64,000 nt of DNA from Blastocystis sp. Blastoise (Eukaryota; Protista; Bigyra: Opalinata), in NCBI GenBank assembly GCA_039096225.1, contig JBBPEB010000017.1, positions 558,001 to 622,000 on the forward strand, given 5' to 3'. Shown piece by piece: positions 27,508-64,000 of this stretch. The translations under genes were made by a program, and so were the position numbers. The number at the start of each line of letters is the position of its first letter. Within the stretch, counting starts at the first letter, position 1. The notes beneath the pieces are model-generated. The model was not told where the DNA came from. It did no database searches and was given only the letters and a program-made list of their open reading frames with translations.

Positions 27508-27811
27508 TTCTAATTTTCAAAGTTTATAAATAAAACAAATATTTTATGATTTTTTATTCTTCTTCAAAAAACATAAAAGAACCGCCAAACATTTGTTTCT
27601 AACAAAAAGTCGATGATCCATTTTCTGGAATATTACTGGCCAAACAAAAACCATTTGCTTTTGTTTATCCAATCATATTTCATATTTTTATTTAAAATGA
27701 TTTAATTGGATAAACAAAATCCAATTGTCTTTATTCTAGAAAAAATAATAAGGCGGACTTTTTATCAAAAAAAATAATTCTTTTATTTAATAATTTAATA
27801 AAAACTGAAAA
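27508..27811. promoter_or_regulatory. Bidirectional H2B/H2A promoter with mirrored CCAAT and GC elements
   Basis: 15-bp inverted repeat TTTTGTTTATCCAAT (27659-27673) / ATTGGATAAACAAAA (27705-27719); CCGCC near 27582 mirrored by GGCGG near 27752. Confidence 0.8.
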
Positions 27812-28204
27812 ATGGCTGGTAAAGGTAAAGGTGGTCGTGGTAATAGAGAAAAGACTATAAGTAGATCTGCTCGTGCTGGTTTATCCTTCCCTGTTGGTCG
27901 TATTGCTCGTTATATTCGTGATGCTAAGGTAGCTGATCGTGTTGGTGCTGGTGCTCCCGTCTATCTTGCTGCTGTTCTTGAATATTTAACTGCTGAAATT
28001 CTCGAATTAGCTGGTAACGCTGCTAAAGATAACAAGAAGAATCGTATTGTTCCTCGTCATATTCAACTTGCTGTTCGTAATGATGAAGAATTAAACCAAC
28101 TTCTTGGTAAAGTCACCATTGCTTCTGGTGGTGTTCTTCCTAATATTAATCCTTCTCTTCTTCCCGATAAGAAGGGTGAAGATGAAAAGGAAGACGAAGA
28201 ATAA
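27812..28204 (+). CDS. H2A: Histone H2A (intronless)
   Basis: [63 protein letters not shown]. Confidence 0.99.
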   Translation: MAGKGKGGRGNREKTISRSARAGLSFPVGRIARYIRDAKVADRVGAGAPVYLAAVLEYLTAEILELAGNAAKDNKKNRIVPRHIQLAVRNDEELNQLLGKVTIASGGVLPNINPSLLPDKKGEDEKEDEE

Positions 28205-28272
28205 ATTTCCTAATCAGAACTCAAGTAATAATTATATATATATATATCAAAAATAAAAAAAATAATAAATCA

Positions 28273-28288
28273 GGTGTTTTTTAACACC
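28273..28288 (+). other. Histone 3' stem-loop of H2A
   Basis: GGTGTT-TTTT-AACACC followed by ACA; the 33-nt context is identical to that of H2B. Confidence 0.9.
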
Positions 28289-28643
28289 ACATTTATGAAT
28301 AATTTTATCAAAAAAAGAATTGTTTTAATCATTATTTATATATTTATTATAATCAATATATATATATATTCAAATAGTAATTTAAAACTAAACAAATAAA
28401 TATATAACAATAATAATAAGAAAAGTAATTAGAAAAAGTATGTATGAAAATATTTCAAACAAAATAATCAATTACAAGAAACAGCAAGTATTTTTATATA
28501 AATATATACTATGTAAAGGAAGAAAAATTATTATCATTTTATATATTATAAGAAAACAACAAAAAGAAAATAGAAAAATTTTATTAATTTAAATTTATAG
28601 TAACTATTAAACACAAAGAAAAAAAAAGAAGAAAAATAATTAT

Positions 28644-41381
<12,738 letters not shown>

Positions 41382-43694
41382 TTTGTGAAGAGCTTATTTA
41401 TATAAAATTTCTATCTTTCCACAATGGCTTTTTAGACAATTCACTTCAATAACGTACTATTATTTGCTCACAGTTCGATTATAGCTACTTTGTATTTATA
41501 GAATTGATTAATTGAAAATCGTTCATTTTAACCGTGATTATTTATGGATGTTGAATGTTAACAACTTTTTTTTCTCGTTTCCTATGGTTATTTAGAAAAT
41601 TTGAACAAAGAGAATTCTTTGACTGCCAAAAAATTTCATTATCCAATCAGATTGCGCGTTCATTTGCTGACGCCTTCAGGAAATATCAAATAATAAATAA
41701 ACATGAACAAATACTCTATAATAATCATAAAAGATGTCACTCATTACTTTACAAACACTTTTGGATAATCATAAAAAAGAAGGCTCTCCGAATGTTTATA
41801 AAAGCCACAAATTAAGATATTTTTAAATAAATAATAATAATTGTGATTATGAATAAAAAGATTAATAGACTTTGCTTCATTGTTAAGCTAAACTATTCTA
41901 ACTTTTATGTAATAAAATGATATAGGATAGGTTTCTTTTTGAAGAATTATAGACTGTTTTCACTTAACGATGTGCTAGTATTGTTTTATTTTCTAATTAG
42001 CTATTATGTATATGATAAGCTTTCTTTTAATATCTTGTGGTTCTTCTGATATTAAAGATAGTATATTTATAGAAATACAAAGAATATTTCAGAAGAAATG
42101 ACGATGTTAGTGTCGTTGCTTTATTTCTTTATGAATATTGTTCGTCAAAGTGATATGTGGCTTATTGTATATATGAAGAAAGAATGTAGGTAAGATCTAT
42201 CTGTTAGAATTCGTTAAAACAAGAATAAAAACCTAATTAGTATTCAATTGGTTTTAGGGTCAATAATATAACTCAAGTAACAATATATAATTGAAAATAA
42301 TAATGATAATATTCAAGAGCTTAAGAGAGAAAAGCTAATAAAAAAAAAATACAAATAAAAAGGTTCTAAAATCAATTTAATTATTTTATTATGATTAAAA
42401 GTGCTGTTAATATATATAGAATATTTATATTAAATATGTTTCATCCATATATATGAATAGAAACAAAACATATCAATTGAATGTATATCATTAAAAAGAA
42501 CACAAGTAAATAGTATATAACAATATAAAATAATAAATCAATTATTTGGACATATATAAATAGTTTTATAGTTAATAATGAATTTAAAAAAAGTGAAAAC
42601 TATAATATCACATTTAAAATATAACAAGAGAAATAATTTTGAATATATAAATAGTTTAAAAAAAAAGTATGTGAAACATAAAAAAATGAAAGAGGAAAAT
42701 AACAAACAATGAAACTAAAAGAATAAAAAAAAATCAAACTATATATGTTAAAACTATAAAAAAAAATGTTTTTATTAAACTATATATTTTTATATACACT
42801 ATATATATATAATAATAATAGAAGAGAATTGAAAAAATATATACATATATAGTAAAAAGAAATTTTGAAATTATATATATATATGTAAATATAAAGTAAA
42901 AATATTAGAAAATGAAATGAATGTGTAATAAAATAAGTTATGTATATATAGATTAATATATAGAAATAGAATAAGAAATCAGGAGTACTGACTTTATATT
43001 TATATAGAGGAATAGAAACAAAAAATATATAAAAAAGAGGAATAAAAAAAAATGAGAATAATTAAGAAAAAAGAAATAAAAAAAAAATATGTATATTATT
43101 GATATAGTATATATAAAGAGAGAAAATAGAATATAGTATAGAATGATATAATTGAAATGTTTAAAAAAAGAAAAGAAAGAAATACTAAAAAAAAAAGTAG
43201 AATAATTATAAATATGAAATTATTCAATAAAAACATCAAAAAACAAACACTATAATGATATAGGATGATAAGAAATAAAAATATATAAATAAATATATAT
43301 ATATAAGAAATTGATTTGATCTAATATATATTAAAACTTCAAAAATATATATAATAGATATAGATAAAAATAGGTTTATATATATAACAGATATAGATAT
43401 AAATAGGTATATATATATATATAGAATATATATATATAGAGTAACAATACACCACAACAATCACACACATAAAGTGATCAGAGCACAAGCTATTGCAGGG
43501 GACAGTCAGAAATCAAGATATAGATGAAGATGAAGATAAATATAGATAAAGATGAAGATGAAGATGAAGATGAAGATAAATATAGATGAAGATGAAATAT
43601 ATAAAAAGAAAATGAAGAAACATATTTATAAACTAGTATGAAAATATATATATGTATATAATTAAAGGCAAAGTACAGTTAGGAAGTCAAATAA

Positions 43695-47025
<3,331 letters not shown>

Positions 47026-47913
47026 ATTATCGACTAAATTCTTCTTATAGTATTCTTGTATATATTTATAACAATAAATGCAAATAGGCTCACTAATTTA
47101 ATACTTTATCTTTCAAAAAACCTTTAGTTTACAGAATGATTTTTAAAAATCCCTGTATGAATCGATGTTCTTTTTTTTCTGCCCTATTTTTTCAATTTCT
47201 TCCAGATTTTTCACGAATTTTTAAATGCTATTTTTTGGTACTATAATCTTACAGACACTTTATAGATCAATACTATTTTATTTCTAATATCCTTATAATA
47301 TCTATTTAATCCAGTTTTTCCTTGTGAAATCGAAATTCAATTACATACTGATTTTTTAATTACACATAAATATTCAATAATAAGTCATAGATGTTTCTTG
47401 AAGACTTTCATGATGCAATGAATTCTTTAGAAGCATATAAAGATCATTCATTTTTATATACAAGAAAGACTTTTGAATACATTGATTCATTATTTGACTA
47501 TTTGCATCTAGCATAAAATGTTGATGCTTCTCATAAAGAAGAATATTGATAATTAAAGAAAGTGAAAAAGAATTTCAATTTTCAAGGCTTAATAATACTT
47601 ATTTTAAGTATTTAATGGATATAAATTATTGCAATTGTGATGAGAACAAAATATATGAATATAATAAAAAGAGTGAAGAACAATTGAGTATTTGTTTTTC
47701 AGTATTTCACAAATAATTTATATTTTTATCAATATATTACATATCTGTTGTTTAATAGCAACATGATTAGCTTTAGCAAACATAAATAGACACCTAAAAA
47801 TAGGAAAAATAAAATTCAAAATGAAAAAAACAAAATATCAGTATGAAAAATGAGAAAAACGAGAAAAAATGGGTTTGAATTTTTAAATAAAAAAAGTCTT
47901 TATTTATACTCGA

Positions 47914-49202
47914 ATGTCGTTAATAAATAGATATGCATTTCCAATATTAAGAGCAGAAGATATTGCTTACTGCTTAAATCAATTAAAAATTGAGATTAAC
48001 GAACAAGATCTAGCAGAACCAAATGCACAAAAGATTCAAGAAATCTACGTCAATATCTTAGAGTTCTTTTGGGATATGACATTGGATGATGTTAATAAGC
48101 CCAACGTTGAATGCCTTCAAAAGTCTATTCCTGATTCGTCCCTTCATAGTCTTTATAATGAGTCAATTCCAAAATTAAATTTATTTCTGAAAGTGTATAT
48201 AGTCGTTATTCATCAGTTTCATGGATATTATACTATTTTTTTACACACTAATTATTGTTATATATATATTTTTTAGATCTGAGTTTTTAAACATATGTGG
48301 TATTCGAACATTTTCTATTACAGATCTTATACATCCAGATACACAACATTTGATTGTTTATTTCAGTGCAATAATCAATCTGATTCGTTTTCGTGATGAA
48401 AAAATACAAAAATATGATCCTCTGACAAATGAAATTGAAGAATTAGAAAAACGAAAACATGAAGTTGAAGCCACAAACGAAAGTTTAGAAAAAGAACTTG
48501 CTGTTTTGTCGTATATATTTATATATATTTTGTTTTTAATATAGAATTCGATATTTTTTTTTATTTATTGTTTAATATAAGTTATATATATTTTTTATAT
48601 TATTTATATTATTTAATATTTTTTTTATTTATTGTTTAATATATATATATTTTTTATATTATTTATATTATTTAATATTTTTTTATTTATTGTTTAATAT
48701 AAGTTATATTATTTATATTATTTTTATTATTTAATTATATATATAGAGAATCACAAGAAGAACATAATAAAGAGAAACATGAACTTGAAACACAATTCTC
48801 TACCTATAAAACACAAATTTCAGAGCATGTTCGCCTTCAAAATGTATATATAAAGGAAATACAAGAGATGAAAGAACAATTAATTTGTCTGAATAACAAA
48901 ACGGTATATATATATATTATTATCATTTTTTTTATTCATTTTTATTTATTTTTATATATTTTTTTCATTATATATCAGTACATATTCTTTATATACATTA
49001 TATTTTATCTAGAAACAATATAATACTCAGAAAGAAGAGATTCGTGCATATATAATGAAACTGAATCAATATGGTGAACCAGAAACATTACAAGTATATA
49101 TATATTTAGCATTATCATTTATTATTTGTAGTACTTTATAATTTATTATTATATATTATTATTATTATTATATTTATATATTTATTAATATTATTATTAT
49201 TA

Positions 49203-49240
<38 letters not shown>

Positions 49241-49887
49241 AATTGATTGCAATAATGAATAACTATATATATAGAAACAAAAGCAAATGTATAGAGATAT
49301 GGTTGAAGATGGTAAGAGAGCGTTAAGTGAAATGGAAAGAAATGCAATTAATTATCAAGCACAAATAGATGTTTTAGATAGAGAATTTCAAGTATATCTA
49401 TATATAGAGAAAGCTATGTCATTATTTATACTATTATATTTAATATTTTTTTAATAATATAAAGATATTTATAGTATTTATACATAATTCTTATCTATTT
49501 GTATTCTATCTATTTCTATATTTATAGAAAGTTCAAATAATATTTGATTATTTGAATCAATTAAATAATGAATATAAGAATCATACAGAGAAATATAAGA
49601 AAATCGGTGTTGAAGATAAAGAAATGGCTATTTTAACAAAACAAATATCTGACCAAGAAGTCGAATTACATGTATATATATTTATTTTAAGAAAATGTCT
49701 ATATATACAATTTTTTTTAAGAAAATTTCTATATATATATATCTATATTTTCACTTTATTATTATAATTTTTAAATACACGATAATCTATAATTTATAGA
49801 AAATTGAATTAGATTTAAAAAGAGAAATTGACTATTCACAAGCACAATATGAAGCTGATGAAAATAATCTAAAATTAATTTCAGATG

Positions 49888-49919
<32 letters not shown>

Positions 49920-50296
49920 ATTATTATTTTAATCACTGTTATTATTATGATAATATATTTCACTAAACTACTTCTATTATCTATTATTAGAAACGTGATT
50001 CTGTTCAACATGATATCGATAACTTATTAAATGGAATGAATAAAGAAAAAGATGATAATTCAGTTTTACAAAAACAAATCGAAACTGTGAGAATGAATGT
50101 ATGTATAACATATATATATTTAACATATAAACTATCCATGCATTTATCATACTTTTATCCATAGATCTCCGTACAAAATTCACTTTCTAAATCTATTTCT
50201 CAACAAAATTCAGACGTTTATAACAGATTAAGAGTGTTGTTGTCTGGATATCAAGATGTATTAAAAGAACTAGAAACTGAAAGCTTTATCCGCTAA
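47914..50296 (+). CDS. NUF2: Kinetochore protein Nuf2
   Basis: YAFPILRAEDIAYCL..EQDLAEPN..IY..L; CGIRTFSITDLIHPD..FSAIINLIRFRDE; then coiled coil. Eight GT-AG introns. Confidence 0.92.
48550..48720. repeat. Intronic tandem repeat, ~55-60 bp unit, 3 copies
   Basis: ttttttatttattgtttaatata...tattatttatattatttaata recurs three times in Nuf2 intron 2. Confidence 0.7.
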
Positions 50297-51405
50297 TTAT
50301 TCTTTTGTTATTTATCATCCCCTTTAAATAATTGATTTATTTTATTGATATTTTTTGCTATTTTTGATTTTTCAATTTTCTTATCATTTCTTCTTTCTAT
50401 TTTAGCATCACATTAATACACTAATCATTGTATTGTTGTATATGATGAATCACAATGTTTATTCCAATCATTTATTATATCCTATATACATGCATATATT
50501 GATTTACATTCACTTTAATACATAAATAATATTTTTGCATTATTTTTTGAAAATATAAAATATCTATTTGAGTTAAAAATGTATAAAGTAAATAAATATA
50601 TTCTAAAAAGTATTCTTTTTTATATATATTTTTCTACTTTTTCAATTTTCATTTTTTTAACTATTATATATGATATACACTTAGAGTACATTGATTTCCA
50701 TATTTTCTCATGGCACTCAGTTCTTCATGATAAAATGTTCATGTTCTTGTATATCTTTTTTATCTAACAAAATGATTCTAAATACATAAAACATATAATA
50801 CAATAATTATAAATAATTTTGTGTAGATTCCATGTAAAGTTATAACTATGGTTTATTAGTAAGTGTCATTTTTATTCAACTTTTGACTTTGTAATGGATT
50901 ACTACAATAGATTAGGAGCTCTAAAACTGATATCGATACACATTTCCACTTCTCTTATTTTTTATTTCACAATAATCAAATTTGTTTCAATAAATTTGTA
51001 TGATATTGAGTTGAAAACATTATCAGTATGGTACACAACATCAAAAACTAATTAACATTGACAAGATAATCAAGTCAATATCATCAATTCGAAAAAGAAC
51101 GTAGAAAGAAAAGACAAAACTTCTCTATAGAATTCATCTACAGTTATTTTTCGTTGAACACATTTTCAGATATGTCTGATTAACGCTGAATCAACTGAAA
51201 AAGAGTCATCGAATTCATTTAAAGACGTAATCGAAATGAAATAGTAAAGTGATTTCCAATAATCTATGAATTTTATATATCTTAAAAACATTATTCTGTG
51301 ATCACTGAACAATAAATTGCCAGCTCATCATTTTAAATCGAGATTCTGTGTTTATATGTATTTATCATATATATATAAATAATATTTCTTAGATATCCTA
51401 AAATT

Positions 51406-52323
51406 ATGGTTGATAATACAGTTCAAGAAGAATCAATGTCTGAAGAAGAATTATTAAAGAATGCTCAACCTGTTAATCAATCTGTTGAAGACAAAGAGCA
51501 AGAAAACAAACAACAAAAAGAAGCAGTTGATACTCAGAAAGAAATTCCTGAATTTACAAAACCCTCATGGATTATTTTAGTATTAACTTTAATTGCATTA
51601 GGTGGTATTTTTGCGATTTGTCATTTTATTTTAGATAAAGATGCTTGTGGATTCTATTGGCAGACTTATCCAAGAATCCTTGGAGCTGTTTATTTTATTT
51701 GGCTCTTTGTTCTTATTTATCAAAGAATTCATACTTATGGTTTTTCTGGATATTATGAAACTTTCTGGTATTGTAATATCGTTCTTTTCTGTGGTGGTCT
51801 TGGACTTATGTTTGGATATCCTCATATTATTGGTATGTGTTTTTGTTTAGCTATGTTCCCTCATTCATATTATTGGATTGATACTATTTGTTGGATTACT
51901 ATTCATAAATGTCCTTTACATACAGCTACTTATTTATTTGATCCTAATTGGCCCATATTAGATAAAATAACAACACTTCATCACTTTTTATTTATGCCTT
52001 CTATTTTCATTGCTTTTTATAAATATCCACCTGTTTCATTTTGGGCATGTGTCTTAGCTATCTTCCTCTTTATGTATGAACAAATCATATGCAGATACTT
52101 CACTCCTTGTACTGTCATTGATAAAAATGGTAATATCAAAGAACTTAATATTTGTGTTGCTCACCATAATATACCTGCACTTGAAAAAGTTCCTCCTTTC
52201 TCATTAGTTAAAGATGTATCTGTATTTGCATATTTCTCATTAAGTTTCGTATTGTACTGTGTTCCTACATGTACACTTTCCTTTGGAGTCTTTGCTTTAG
52301 CACAATGTTTATTAAATTTATAA
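51406..52323 (+). CDS. Multi-pass membrane protein of unknown function, uninterrupted CDS
   Basis: 305-aa ORF with about 7-8 hydrophobic segments; probable short 5'UTR intron at about 51358-51392. Confidence 0.9.
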   Translation: MVDNTVQEESMSEEELLKNAQPVNQSVEDKEQENKQQKEAVDTQKEIPEFTKPSWIILVLTLIALGGIFAICHFILDKDACGFYWQTYPRILGAVYFIWLFVLIYQRIHTYGFSGYYETFWYCNIVLFCGGLGLMFGYPHIIGMCFCLAMFPHSYYWIDTICWITIHKCPLHTATYLFDPNWPILDKITTLHHFLFMPSIFIAFYKYPPVSFWACVLAIFLFMYEQIICRYFTPCTVIDKNGNIKELNICVAHHNIPALEKVPPFSLVKDVSVFAYFSLSFVLYCVPTCTLSFGVFALAQCLLNL

Positions 52324-52926
52324 ATTACATTTTAATTCATAATATATATATATATTTTCATTATTATATATGTATTTTAATTATTATAAATTATTTAATT
52401 CTCTTTCTTTGTATAACCTTATTATTGTTTAGAAATCTTTTCTTTGTTGATATTTATTTATTATTATTTTGTTTATTTAAAATGAGTACATTCAAATGTA
52501 TCAGTAGTTATATATATAGATAAATAATTGAAAGAAAATAAAAAAACACAGATACTATAACATAGAAAAGTAAAAAGCATATATATATATAGGTAAATAA
52601 ATAAATGAAAAAGAATATATTTATTCTTAGAATCATCAGTATAATAATAATAGAATGACCAAAAAAAAATTGTGTATAGTAAACAATAAAAATTTATCAG
52701 AAATATATATAATAACATAAAAACTATAAACAATATTTTTTTTTTAATAGAAAATGAAAAAGAAAAAAGAATATATATATGGAATTAATACGTAAATAAA
52801 TATATAAAAAATTAAATAAATTCAAAAAATATATAAAAATATATAAAAAATGAATAAATATAAAAAATAAATAAAAAAGTAAATAATAATAAAAAAACCA
52901 AAAAGAAGCAAATAATTAAACCATTT

Positions 52927-64000
<11,074 letters not shown>

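Noticed and set aside
41555-42330. Hidden gene or ncRNA in the BEACH upstream gap
   Set aside because: Only short unconnected ORFs; no recognisable RNA structure.
43470-43520. GC-richer patch as a C/D snoRNA (GGGACAGT antisense to LSU rRNA)
   Set aside because: Only an 8-nt match with imperfect boxes; more likely 3'UTR sequence.

Overview
Extremely AT-rich, intron-dense eukaryotic nuclear DNA using the standard code. Giant He_PIG-repeat surface proteins and U12-type introns suggest a Blastocystis-like stramenopile from an AT-rich lineage (inference). I spliced 14 protein-coding genes by hand: a large secreted protein (runs off the left edge), an Aha1-N protein, Trf4/PAPD5, a ~2,300-aa type-I surface protein, NOP58, PP2A-B55, a coiled-coil protein, a divergent H2B/H2A pair with identical 3' stem-loops, a BEACH-WD40 protein, a HEAT-like/CAP-Gly protein, Nuf2, a multi-pass membrane protein and Piezo (runs off the right edge). 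Most short ORFs in the supplied track are microsatellite artefacts. Two signals stand out. (1) A ~16-bp quasi-palindrome, AATW(A/C/T)YC-RY-GR(T/G/A)WATT, occurs about 30 times in the BEACH and Piezo gene bodies, in all three codon phases and in introns, and is nearly absent from other gene bodies. (2) Splicing is unusual: (TA)n tracts at both intron ends, one intron that is purely G(TA)25G, two AT-AC U12 introns in Piezo, an obligatory GT-AA intron in a conserved NOP58 motif, and a probable GT-GG intron. Counts and coordinates were read by eye.
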